From Eledone cirrhosa (lineage: Eukaryota), in NCBI GenBank assembly GCA_964016885.1, contig OZ024742.1, positions 330,708,001 through 330,772,000 on the forward strand: a stretch of DNA of 64,000 nt. Reading direction: 5' to 3'. The notes below the pieces were generated by a model that was not told the origin of the DNA, searched no databases, and saw nothing but the letters and a program-made list of their open reading frames with translations. The position numbers and the translations under genes are program-made. Shown one piece after another: positions 14,976-27,769 of the stretch; position 1 is the first letter of the stretch; each line of letters begins with the position of its first letter.

Positions 14976-17820
14976 AACTATACTTTAACAAACTATAAAG
15001 AAAGATTATCTTTATATAGACAGTTTATCCGTTTACGTACACGTCAATCACCCAAGTCACGCCGCTGAGGAGATGGCAATTCCACCGCAGGTAGCTTTGT
15101 TAATACTCCGGGATGTATGACACAACGTTGTCCTTTAGGTATACATTAGTCTTTGACTACCTATTTCAGATATTTTGGGGTCAGGTCCCAAAATATAAGA
15201 TTCTATGGTCAGCACTTTTTAATAGCCTTGTTTCTCCCATTGAAGTGAATAATTAATGAATATGATGAGTTCGGTGATTGGATATATAGAAGAGAAAAAC
15301 TAAACAATATGACAATTAGAAATCTTTTAAGAAAAATATATATTCAATAATAAAATAAAGGAAATCAAATGATACAGTGACCATGGGGTTAAAATGGAAA
15401 ATATCAAGAAGCTTCAAAAGGTGGTTCATATGATCGCTTGTAGCTAATAGCGATTATCTATAATTTCGATTTATGAATTTGTCTTAATCAGGCGAAGTTG
15501 GATTTGCCCATGTCTTTAGGTTGAGTTTAAGGGGGTTGGGAGTGAATGAAGACATCAACCCACGTCTTCAGACACTTGGTGGAGGATTTATTTATAATTA
15601 GTAGAATATTCCATATTTTGGCCATGCAAAATTGACAAGCTTCAAGTCAGTTGCGTAAACATGGGATCTTTGAAACCTCCAATTTGAAGGCGAACTTAGT
15701 ACCGCGGTCTTTAGGTATCAACACATAGCTTGTAAGTTAATGTTTGTTCTTTTGTCCATATGAGGATTAATCTTTAGAGTGACGATCTCACAATCGGATT
15801 GATAAGTCGGGGTTTAATTGCCGACGCTGCGGTTTGCCCTTGGGATAAAGTGTATGTTTCACTTTGTTTGAATATAAGTATCAAGCGCTTCTGTATATAT
15901 GAAATTATACATTCATGTCTATGCGCGTCTATGTTTGTGTCCTGGGAAGCAGGATATTGATATCGATAAAACCAAAACGGAACATGTAAATTCTTACTGG
16001 GGCCGATATGGTTGACGAAATCTATTTAAGGCGAGATTTCATTGCTTGAGTCTATTGATCGAAATCAATGCAACAGTAATAATCCTACAATATGTAGATT
16101 TACAGTGAAATGAAATAATTGAGAATAGAAATTGATCACTGATGTGATGGAGTGGAAGGTGTCATTGCTGTGCAGAAGGAAGCAAATGACAGGTAAATTT
16201 ATCGCAACCTTTTTCTAGAAAACAGTTTATATATTATTTAACATTTATCGGTCTTGGTGGTGGATATATCAATCGATGTGTTCAACGGAACATCATGAGC
16301 GCCAACTTATCATGTCATTGCCTAAGCATTCTACACTTACATGTACGCGCAACGCTTTACTCACAGAGCTTGAACGTGTCATTGTGTGTGACATAACTGC
16401 CCCTTTGAATTACCAGTATCATTCATTTCCTCAACCGCAGTTCACTTGAAGAATGTGCAGTAGCGTATCATTCTCAAGGACACACTTAATTGCTGGGAAT
16501 AGAACTCACGACTATAAATGTTAGCCCCAAAAGCTAACGCTTCAACCAAGCCCATTCACGTGTTTGATGTTGAAAAGCACCGAAATGTAATAATTAAGAA
16601 TATATATACCTCACTCTTCAGATATTATAGAATGTGGCAGTGACGTGCCGAGGTAAGGAAAAACAATTAATGTGAATACATCATTTGATCATAACATAAA
16701 AGCAAATAGACTCCTAACGTTTTATTATTTAATACGTATAAACCAAAGCACAACTTTGATGCAACACAACCTATTTTGTTTGTGGGTTTCTTGGGATCGC
16801 ATAAACCCCTTGTTTTAGCAACCATTGGGTCACATTTAAATAGAAAAACATGTAATATGGTTGAATTTTGTGTAGCATATTGCTTGCAGTAATTAACATT
16901 AAAGATGTTCAGGAAGGTGTTAGTAATTTGTGTAAAAAAAAATCTAAGACACCCGTATGTGGTGATAAATAAGAAACTAGTGAATTTTGCAATAGAAAAA
17001 GATGACTGAGCTAGTCTGATATCATTTATCATATAAAAATGCACGATATCTGAGAAGTGCTGATGAAAGGAACGTGGAGATAGATAGATGGATATACAGA
17101 TAGTTTGTTACATAGATACCTACACTCAGAAAATAAGGGAGAAGGAAAGAGAGAGAGAGCAGTGATACATTGTGTGAAGGCGAAGAAAAGAAGGGAAGCA
17201 AAGGAGAGAAAAGTGTGAGGAGGAGAAAGAGAATGAAAGAGAACGGTAGAGAACGGTAGAGAAGTAGGGAAATGGAAGGTTAGAGAAAAAGAGAAAGAAA
17301 GAAGTAACAAACTGATAGATAGATCGTGTAATGTAGAAATATATATATATATATATATAAATAGAGGTTGAAGTAAAGAAAGAAAGGTTTAATATAGAGG
17401 AGAGAAAGAGAGTGACTTAGAAAAAAAGAGAAACATCATTAGTAAGAATGGAACGAAAACCAATAGTTTAAGAAGGATAGAGGCAGATTCGTACGTTTGA
17501 ATTATATGTTAACATAGTAGTAGAAGTAATGTTAGCAAACGACTGACATTTCCATAGAAAATATATATTTACACATAGAATATCATAATGAGATAAGCAA
17601 GAAGAAAGATTAAACAAGAGCGGGGGTGAAAGAATCAGTAATCAAGCAAAACCAGAATTTCAACTCCATGTGATTCTAGTTTTGTTTGAGTCGTATCATT
17701 AACAGAAATATGGATCATGACCCAGGCATCGGTGAAACGTCCGTAACTGAGGCTAATCAATAAAAGCCACAACGTGATACTTCGTTTTGTTCTGATATAT
17801 ATATATATATATATATATAT

Positions 17821-18406
17821 CGTTTCTGAATTTGTTTAGCAAGATTCTTTATCTGAAATCGTTTGTTGAAACCGATATTGTTATACTTTGGGAGGGTCAT
17901 GTTGCCAATAAGAAACATACGCACCAGTTGCTTTCACTTCAATTTATTATATATTTATAAATTTAAAAATTTACAAATCCACAAATTTATAAATTTCTGG
18001 TTGGTTGGTTGGTTCCACAACCAGATAGTTGTTTATATATAGTCATAGTCCTTTCGTCACACACTCTGTGACCTCTTCAGTGACTGGGGATTCCTTTCTT
18101 TGTTTCTGTGCCTTTCCTTTCTTCTGTCCTACGCCATTTTGTTTCTGCGTAGGACAGAAAAAAGGAAAGGCACAGAAACAAAGAAAGGAATCCCCAGTCA
18201 CTGAAGAGGTCACATAGTGTGTGACGAAAGGACTATGACAATATATAAACAACTATCTGGTTGTGGAACCAACCAACCAACCAGAAATTTATAAATTTGT
18301 GGATTTGTAAATTTATAAATTTATAAATATATAATAAATTGAAGTGAAAGCAACTGGTGCGTGTGTTTCTTATTGGCAACATGACCCTCCCAAAGTATAA
18401 CAATAT
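17821..18406. mobile_element. Asymmetric palindromic insert: 260-bp arms 17875-18134 and 18147-18406, 12-nt spacer, 54-nt tail
   Basis: Near-perfect inverted repeat, also seen as mirror-image ORFs in the track. One HHR per arm. Confidence 0.9.
18041..18085 (-). ncRNA. Minimal hammerhead (mirror copy 18196-18240, plus)
   Basis: AGUCA-CUGAAGA-G-GUCACA(GAGUG)UGUGAC-GAA-AG(GA)CU-A-UGACU. Confidence 0.75.
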
Positions 18407-19481
18407 ATAGGAATGAAAAATGCCGTGCTGTTTTGTTGCGGGTAGATACATATGAAGTAAATATTAGAAAGAGAAGCCTGGACTATCCTTCATTAGTGAT
18501 CTACTAGCCATCAAAGGTATTTCTTCGCATTAAAGATCAGATACCTCCGGCCAGCGCGAACAATAATTAAATAAGTTATTAGGATAAAAAGAATTGGATT
18601 GAGAAAGAAAGACAGGTGAACAAACAAAAATGGTGGGGCAACGTAAAGAGAGGAAAAATGAGAAAATTAAGTCAGTTATTCATTTGAACATAAGAACTTG
18701 CGAACATTGACGAGAAGACGAAATACCATTTGTATCGTGCGAAAAGTGAGCGAGAAAATAATTTCGTACGGTGCTGGACGATGGAGTAAGTGAGAGAGGG
18801 TGAGTAGCAGAGAGTGAGTGAAAGTGTGAGGAAGAGGCTAGTTGAGAGAGGGTGACTAGCAGAGGGGGAGAATGAAAGTAAGAGAGAGAAGGAGAGAGAA
18901 GGATGGGAGGGACAAATGGAGTGCTATGTTGTTGCATAAACACAGCACGCCATTTTTCATTCCTATAAGCTTTCCCCTTCGCTGTGACCTGTCTTTTTCT
19001 GTTTCCTTACTGCTATCCTCTTTTTCTCTCCCATTTCTCTCTCCTCCTTCTTACTTTCATTCTCCCACTCTGCTAGTCCCCTCTCTCGACTAGCCTCTTT
19101 CTCACACTTTCACTCACTCACACTCTGCTACTCACCCTCTCTCACTTCCCCCATCGTCCAGCACCGTACGAAATTATTTTCTCGCTCACTTTTCGCACGA
19201 TACGGATGGTCTTTCGTCTTATCGTCAATGTTCGCAAGTTCTTATGTTGAAATGAATCACTGACTTCATTTTCTCATTTTTCCTCTCTTTGCCATGCCTC
19301 ACCATTTTTGTGTGTTCACCTGTCTCTCTTTCTCCACCCAATTCTTTCTATCCCAATAACTTATTTTAGTTATTTTTCGCCCTGGCCGGTGGTATCTGAT
19401 CTTTAATGCGAAGAAACACCTTTGATGGCTAGTAGATCACTAATGAAGGATAGTCCCGGCTTCTCTTTCTAATGTTTACTT

Positions 19482-19482
<1 letters not shown>
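18406..19482. mobile_element. Older asymmetric palindrome with about 455-bp diverged arms (18454-18909 and 19028-19482)
   Basis: Inverted arms. The outer tail 18406-18431 is also inverted at 18942-18967. Degenerate CUAAUGA..GCAAC core. Confidence 0.8.
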
Positions 19483-19523
<41 letters not shown>

Positions 19524-19536
19524 TACACATATATAT

Positions 19537-19668
19537 AATAATAAATTTGAAGACTAAAATCCAAAGAGGATAAATATATATCAAATATTTAAAAAGCGTA
19601 GAAGATCCCGTTAAGGGTGAAAGCAGCGATTATTTGCCTAAACTTTAATCTGTTATTTTAATAAATAT
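19537..19668 (+). mobile_element. Miniature family A element (inverted tail fused to 3' end)
   Basis: First half matches 2331-2404. Second half matches 854-921. Confidence 0.8.
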
Positions 19669-19698
19669 ATATATATATATATGTGTATGTATATACAC

Positions 19699-19731
<33 letters not shown>

Positions 19732-21715
19732 GTGAGTGTAACGTGGCTATGTGTGTATGGATGGGTGTATATTGTTATGCCTAAATATGAATATGTACGT
19801 TTGCACTACCTTACTTCTAAGTATCTGAATAAAAAGAACACGAAATCATAGTACGTTTAAACAGCATTCTATATACAATACATAAGCAGTTTATGTAATG
19901 TTATATATAATTATATATAGCTTCTACTCTTGGCATGAGAGTGAATTATGTCAAAGAACATATGAGAACCATACGGAATATGAAGGAAAATCTAAATGAA
20001 TAGAGAGAACCACTTCATCTTTATGTCGAGTGAAGCACACATTAGATGAAGCCTCTTAGGCGAAGGTAAGTGCAATTCTAGTGAACATAAACGCATCTAC
20101 GTGGTCACTCGTTTTGAAAAAAATAAATTTGCCAAATTTCATTCATCAAAATAGAATATGATATTGTTAATATAGAGCAATATATATATGAAAATACACT
20201 CTGCCAGAAAAACGTGAATGCCTTAAATCGTAGGCATCATCGATCATGTCTGAAATGAATGTAAGAATTTAAATAACCTTACACTATATGAGAAATATAC
20301 TCGCCAATATAGATGTTCATGATATCGGAGAAACAGGAGAGCACCAAAACATATACGCCTACTTATTACGTTAATCTACTTCTGTATTACTCATTTACAG
20401 GCTTAATTGTCTTTATCTACCGCATTTTGACATGGATTATACAAAAGGTAGTCAAAATGATGTCTGTAATGTTGCAGCCAGTCGTTATCTAACGTAACGT
20501 TCAATGTCGATAATGAAACTTGAATATTACTGTTTCGCATCTTACATACATATATCTATAAAAAGGAGAAATGAAATAACACTCAAGGGAGAATATAAGT
20601 AATGTTATTCTGTAGCTTAAATCTGCACTATTCCGTTAAAAATTCGCATTTTTTTCTTCTATTAATAAACGTATATGGATTTGGTATTGCTGAAAGAAGA
20701 TGTATACCACAAACATGAATATATTTAAAGTAACTTCTACTCGAAAATTTATAATGTTTTCAAAACATTACAGCACCTTCTTAGTTAATGACTATATATG
20801 GTTTTCATATTGCGAAATGATTGAACCTTTACTATTCATACACTCAATATATAATTAATATCACTGCAAGCCATTCAGTTAAGCATCGGCATTTCATCAT
20901 AGTTTTATATATTTCAAAATTTCTTCTTATACCTAAATTGTAAGTACATGTAAAATTGGTGTTGTTGGACGGCCAGTTGATTCGACCCTCGTATGAATCT
21001 GTTCCAAAATTTACCTTTCCAATGCCATTTCATTCACCGGAAGAATTCTCACGGACTAACGGATATTCGGCATGGTAAAATTCGTAGCAAATGTAGTTTT
21101 TTGAAGTACGTGTATAACATATTTTTCTAGATGTATATACGGAAGCAGTGGTAAATAAAGTGTTTACTCGAGTACAAAATGTGTCGCAGGAAAGCAACGC
21201 ATTTCCATACTACCATGAGTCAAAGACCCAGCGGGATGAGCCATGCAAGCACACTACGTGGAAATTTACTTGTTTTGATCAATGTATCTGTCAATTCCGT
21301 AGCAGATATTGTATTGATTTGATTCGGGTAATCAGAGCCACGATGAAACTCTAGAAAAAATAAATATAAGTTTGAGAACATGCCTAAAGATGAGCAAATA
21401 TATTAAACGTTTGCAAAAGGATCTATACTTCCTTTTATCTTCACCTGACGATCCAAGTATATCGATTATATTATGGTAGTATGATTTCTTCTGTTTCACC
21501 TGGATTAGCCTCAGAAATGTGTAGATGCGATCTACTCCCTTAAGAAATACACGGCTTAAAGTATAAACAGCTAATTATGCTACATACAGGATTATAATGT
21601 TATATTTTAATAAATCTGTGCTTCAAAGAGAGATATTGATACCTTCACACTAACACACAATTATTGAAAATTCAAGCATATTTATTTCATGTGATATATA
21701 TATACACACATACAT

Positions 21716-21764
<49 letters not shown>

Positions 21765-22013
21765 CGTTAATTCGATGCAACAGCCCCTGCAGACACACAT
21801 ATATATGTTATATGTAATTGCACAAACACACACATACATATGTGTGCAAAGGTAAGCATGAGTTATATTTCAAACATAATATATTGCAATCCACACACAA
21901 TGCCGGTACCAAATCACATCAACATGTATTTGTCCTATTATATATTTTCTCCATCTCTCTTGCCCTCCAATATATACCCTCTATATTATGAGCAGATTCT
22001 ATTCTGAGATAAT

Positions 22014-22202
22014 TGTTTCTACTTTAGGTACAAGGCCAGCAATTACCCAGTACATTACTGGTACTTTATTTTATCGACCCCGTAAGGATGAAAGGTAAAG
22101 TTAACCTCGGCGGGATTTGAACTCAGACTGTAAAGGGACGTAACTATGCTAGAAAGCATGGAGTCTAACCTTCGACCGATACTGCCAATTCACCGCCCTT
22201 AA
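22014..22202 (-). mobile_element. tRNA-derived SINE (family S1) with 13-bp TSD
   Basis: A box (TGGCAGTATCGG) and B box (GAGTTCAAATCC), core CCTTTCATCCTTACGGGGTCGATAAAATAAAGTACC. TSD ATTCTGAGATAAT at 22001-22013 and 22203-22215. Confidence 0.9.
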
Positions 22203-23856
22203 ATTCTGAGATAATATATAGTAATCAGTTTCTTGTTATTGGGTTTGAAATTTCAAAGAACTACATTGAGGCTACCATCGATATATTTTCGCAGGAACAT
22301 ATTAGTGTGCATTCACTCATCCAGTTTGAGGAAATATACATTGCATAAATCCCTTTTGTTTTCCTTCATCTGACCTTCGTAAAATATTGTTCAACTGATT
22401 CTGTACATACTGTGTACCCTACTTTCATTAATATTCACTGACGTTATGTAATGGATATATTACAACCACGAATTTATCAACATAAGATTTATCACAGACC
22501 TACAACAATTTTAGATAGGTTGATTTCAATACTCCGCTACATGAGTGGAATTTAATTTATTCTATGTTCACAGATGAAAAGCAAATTGAAATGCAAAATG
22601 GAACAGCGACGAGGAAATTTCAGTGAGTTAAATGTAAGCCATATTTGTTTAAAATGTAATAAGGTAAAGCATATTACCGGCACACTACAACTCAGCACTT
22701 AAAATGATGAAATGACTGTAATGGAAGTACTTTCCATAATGGCCAATGGAAATTCTGAGAAATAATGGTAATCTATGCCATCCTATTTATCGCTTTCGGC
22801 AGACATATTCGTTTCAGCAAAATAATAGAATACTCTGACTTTTAAACTTAATTGAATACTATTTCCTTTGTGAAATATATTCAGATTATAACATAATTGG
22901 TCAGACCGCAACAGTATCTTCCCGCTGTGACTGTCAAATTATTTAACAAATGTTGCGAAAATATTTCTACACTGCTACGCATGCATTTGTAAATTATGCG
23001 TCCACCTGATTTTCTAATAGTTAAGATACAGACGGCAACAAATTAAATGTATTTTTGTTCATAAAAATGTTATTTTCTTCTTTTCCATTATGTGAGGATA
23101 TATAAATGCACTATACTAGTGGGGTTGTCGATGTTAGACATCACGTCTAAAACCATAATGGATTTCTCTTATTGGTAATATCTGGTAGATGGGAGTAATA
23201 GTTTCATTCAAAGCATGTAACTTATTTTTATATATTCTATTGATTGCCATGTTAGGGTAAAATAGTGTTAGAATGCCGTGGTTCTTTACTTCCGGCTAAG
23301 CCTTGATCGAACAAATCTTCAGCGAAGTTATTGGAGAGGCCACCATACCGTTCTATGCAATTAATGAAATACAACACCTAACTCAATATTTTCTTTAAGA
23401 CGATTAAGTGGGAATAAAATGGACTTGACAGTTATTTTCAGCAAGTGAAGTTAAGATACAATGGCTATATAGTTTGGTCGTTTATGTATGCCCCGTTCGT
23501 CTATGTTATGTAATTTGCATTTCTCTCACCAATTTAATAATATCACAAGTTACATAATTCCGTTTCAATCATACGCTTCTATTTTACACAGACACCTCTT
23601 AATACTATAACAGATTTCTCACAGCACCTATATTACACGATCAACTTTCGATATTATAAAATCTCACAAATGCATATATTCATATACTATTATCACACAG
23701 CTCACACGATGTCAATTTACACAATCGGCTCCTAATATAACATTTCTTACACAAGCATCATTACTATTTATTGGTATAACACGTCTTTCACTGTGCATAT
23801 TTTAGACAATAAGCTCCCATATTAGAGCAACTCATCGTTGAACTATCACCTTCAAT

Positions 23857-24044
23857 TGGATTGGCAGTATCGGTAGAGGGTCGGACGCCATGCTTTGACG
23901 CATAGAGTTACGGCCCTTGCCATTCTGAGTTCAAATCCCGCTGAGGTTAACTTTGCCTTTCATCCTTACGGGGTCGATAAAATAAAGTACCAGTAATGCA
24001 CTGGCATAATTGCTGGCCTTGTGACAAATGTAGAAACAATTATT
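23857..24044 (+). mobile_element. tRNA-derived SINE (family S1)
   Basis: Same sequence as 51651-51835. Confidence 0.9.
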
Positions 24045-24379
24045 TCAACACAAATCAACGAGGTAATTGTCAAAATCATTAATGCATTAGCCATACATAT
24101 ATGTTACGATAATCTACATTATAAATGACACTGTTAAGAATAAAGTATATTTGCCAATATTCGTACACCTCTTTTCCTCATACTAATGCATATTATATAG
24201 TATGGGAAAAAGAGGTGTACATGGGTTTTATGGGTATATTTAGAAACGTTTCTGGTACGTGGGGCTGAACATTTCAAATAGGTTCATAACGTATCCGCCT
24301 TAATCAATCATTAAGCCAATACTCGACGACCACTGATGGCAGAAGGATAAAAATGCAACACCAGTCAACTGTCCTATAG

Positions 24380-25150
24380 TAAAGCACTAGGATCTAGTAC
24401 ATTTTCTACAAAGGTCAACAAAGCAGGCGTCCCATTCATATTGCATAAGCTTACTGACTTCTTCCAATCTATATGCAACGCAGTAAAAGTCCTGAAAACG
24501 CTGAAAGTGCCAGCATAATTCATATAGACAGAACAAAATGCAACAAGTAATCTTGTGACACACACTGCATTAGCTTCATCCTACCCGTAGCATGGAAGAT
24601 CCTTGATTCGTTCTGTTCAGTTACCACCTCAAAAACCTTGTGCAAGGCCTCGTCCCATAACGCCAGTATGACCTCCGTGCAAGCAAGACACTGCTGACAT
24701 ATTTGCGGCACGAAAATCCGGGACAACTATCAGGAGAAGCAGAGCGACACATGACTGACGTTTGTAGATTTCACTGCGGCATTTGATTTCGTAAGCAGAG
24801 AGGGCCTATGGAAATTAATGGAAAACTCTTGCTTCCCTAGCAAGTGTATCATGGTTATCAAGCAATGGTATGAGGGCGAAAGCTTTTGAGGATGTGACAA
24901 GTTAGAAGCCTTCCCTCTGTGGAACGGTGTGAATCAAGTTTGCCTACTCGCCACCACACTTTACAATATGCTTCTATTTGACATGCTGCATGATACCTTC
25001 CAAGATTGCCAGGATGGCATACTTAACTGATAGAGGTCTGGTGATGGGCTCTTTAACCACCACTATCTCTAATCTCTCACAAAGGTAAAAGATACCGTCA
25101 TGAGAAAGTTCTCATTCTATGATAACCACGTATTCAATGCTAGCAAATTG
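24380..25150 (+). pseudogene. RTE-clade (BovB-like) LINE RT fragment, degenerate
   Basis: Manual translation: KLTDFFQSI...; TFVDFTAAFDFVSREGLWKLM; LEAFPLWNGVNQVCLLATTLYNM; DGLFN...TKVKDTVMR. Confidence 0.75.
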
Positions 25151-26611
25151 TGGAAGCCATATTATTCCTCTGTTCAAGCAATGTGCTCTCCCTTATAAAC
25201 ACCTTCTTGAAGCGCAGAGACATCCTTGAATACATCAGAGACAGAGATCAATATGTGATTTTTTTTTTAGTCTTTGATGTCTTTGATTTTGTGCTGGATG
25301 TTTGAGTTAAGAGAACCGCTGAGCTGTCAACTTGCGATTACCTACAGCCAAAGAAACCGAAGAAACTGGCAGGTCCAGTGCCAACTAAAAGAGACAATGT
25401 GAAGTGTTGGTGGATAAAGAAGTCAGGAACAGTTAGTGAGATACAATTGCATCCAACTTCAGAGAACTCCCCGAGAAAACTGAGTACGTTGAGACAGAGT
25501 GAGGATTATTCAGATTCACAGTTCCTGTTAAATTCTGCGGGCGAAGAATGTTTAGTGTGGCACGGGATGGCAGGAAAACATCTTGGATCAATCAAGAGTT
25601 CAAAGATCCTATCTGAGCAAACAAGGAAGCCTACTAATCGTGGCTTAGAAATAAGTTTTTCTTCTTGAACTTGCTGTACAAGCAGGTAAGATGTTTCGGA
25701 GCAGAGAGAGAGTAAAGAGTTCCAAAGTTAAGACAGGGGAGGATGTTGGGTTAGATTGGAATCTAATTTCAGATCAGCAATTAAATGTTCTCGCAGACCA
25801 TCCAGGGTCATCGTAATTTGAAATCCTCCTCCACCCCGGCTAACATCAATGCGACTAGGTTCCACCCTTCTTCAGATAGATTCATCCACGCGAGGTGGAG
25901 AGAATACTTTACTCATCTTACTTTACAACCACTTCTGATGTATATGAGGTGAATCTGGGGGCTATCACAAATCTCTCGGAGGAAGAAGACAGAAAAGAAA
26001 TAGTAACGCAGCTGAAATCTGGCCCGAATTTCATCTTTCTCGTGGCCTTGCCACATTTGAACTCTTTAAATTACCTCTTGACCTGAACCTCCAAAAATTA
26101 GTCACTTAATTATTTTACACATGTCAGTCGTGATACCACTTTCACCTAGAAAATAAAATGAACAGGAGTGACAGTAAGCAGCTACTGTGGAATCTGACGC
26201 CCAAACTGAATGGTTTCGATTTAGCACCATTTATCCGAACACAAATATTTGGGCATTCGTATAGAGACATCAGGGCAATAGGAAGCTAATCATTCAAGGG
26301 ATATCTTCTGTAATTGGAACGATCCCTCTTATCTCCCTTACAAAATGCGGAAAATATCGAAATCAGAAAATAATAGGATATACAGAGAATAACTATAAAT
26401 AACCGATACAAAATGGTTTAAAAATAATAACAAAGTATCCAGCATCCACCAAGAGTTCCATTCTTTATAGCGGCTTTTACCGTTCACTATCGTTCCTAGG
26501 GGCATTCTACCCGATTAACTCAACTATTGGTTATAGCAATCGACCATATCTGAAGGTACTTGAAGCAGAGAATTTCAATTCACTCGACGGATCGTTGGTA
26601 TATATCAAATG

Positions 26612-26675
<64 letters not shown>

Positions 26676-27075
26676 ATATATACATGTCTCTGTGTGTGTG
26701 ATTGCGTGTGTGTGTGCAGGTATGTGTATGTGCGTGTGCGTGTGCATCTGTGTGTTTGTGTTTGCATATGCGTATGTGGGCGGATGTGCTTGCGTAAGGA
26801 TACCTTATATATATACATATATATATATGTATATGACTGAGTCAGATAATAAAGATGGAAACTGACATGTGGAGGTTGCTAAATGAATTACAACATACGT
26901 TAGACACGGCTCATTAATGTCAACTGAATTATACAATCTACATATGATTATTCATAATTAAAGTATGCTCCAATCATAATTAATACTATCCTCCCAATCT
27001 TAAAGCACGATCAAGTTTCAATCAACACCGTATAATCGTGTATGCACGCACCCGAAAACATGTATGCATTTATGC

Positions 27076-27121
<46 letters not shown>

Positions 27122-27124
<3 letters not shown>

Positions 27125-27580
27125 TAAAGTTAGTCCTTCATCAGTGATCTTACAACCATCATTGGTATTTCATCGTTTTAAAGACCATATACCTCCGGTT
27201 GGTGCGAGCAACGGCTAAAAAAAATCGTTGCGACACGTAAATAAAAGGGACACGAAAGTGCAAACAAACAATGATGGTGAAGCAACAAAAAGTGAGGAAG
27301 AAAGAGTGAAGTCCCAAATTTCCATGAATATAAGTTCGGTAAAATCGTGAACGAGAGAGAATAAAGACCATCAAACGTGGTTGGAATGTGAGCAAGGAAG
27401 GAATTTCGCACAGGTCCAACAGGAGGAAGGAGGAATCTAGTCTGTGAATTCGGCGAACGTAAGTTCTGTAAAATCGTAGATGAGAGAGAGAAGAAAGGTC
27501 AACCTTCCTGACCAAGGGTGCGAAAGAAAAGAATTACGCACAGGTCAAACGTGAAGAAGGGGACAAATACAAAGGGGGAA
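27122..27580 (-). mobile_element. pLTR-like fragment related to 18480-18570, with internal repeats of about 130 nt
   Basis: GTGATCT..CCATCA..GGTATTTC..AAAGA..ATACCTCCGG is shared with 18496-18550. The minus strand ends CTGATGAAGGACTAA shortly before (AT)n. Confidence 0.5.
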
Positions 27581-27769
27581 GTTTACATACAATAAAAACG
27601 TGTAAAATGTTATCACTAATGGAATTTAAAAAGTTAGTCGATTTTCCCCAATAGAGGGAGACAGTTTATATGGGTAACACATACCACCGAAAAAAAATGT
27701 GCAACCCTCATCTCCAGGAGTACGAAGAGCTTGTACTCCTCCTTTCCTCTCCTCCTCCTTTTCCTCAAC

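Noticed and set aside
18029-18252. Mirror-image ORF pairs (also 43553-44058, 44721-45300)
   Set aside because: By-products of the DNA palindromes, with no protein motifs.
25170-26100. Higher-complexity stretch with short ORFs; similar faint LINE/PLE-like traces at 7880-8340, 15400-15850 and 20950-21350
   Set aside because: No motif I could assign confidently. Needs a translated profile search.
27185-27215. Faint resemblance to the U2 snRNA 3' end next to the Tx1 element (Keno-like target)
   Set aside because: Only a short partial match. The segment is better explained by homology to 18540-18570.
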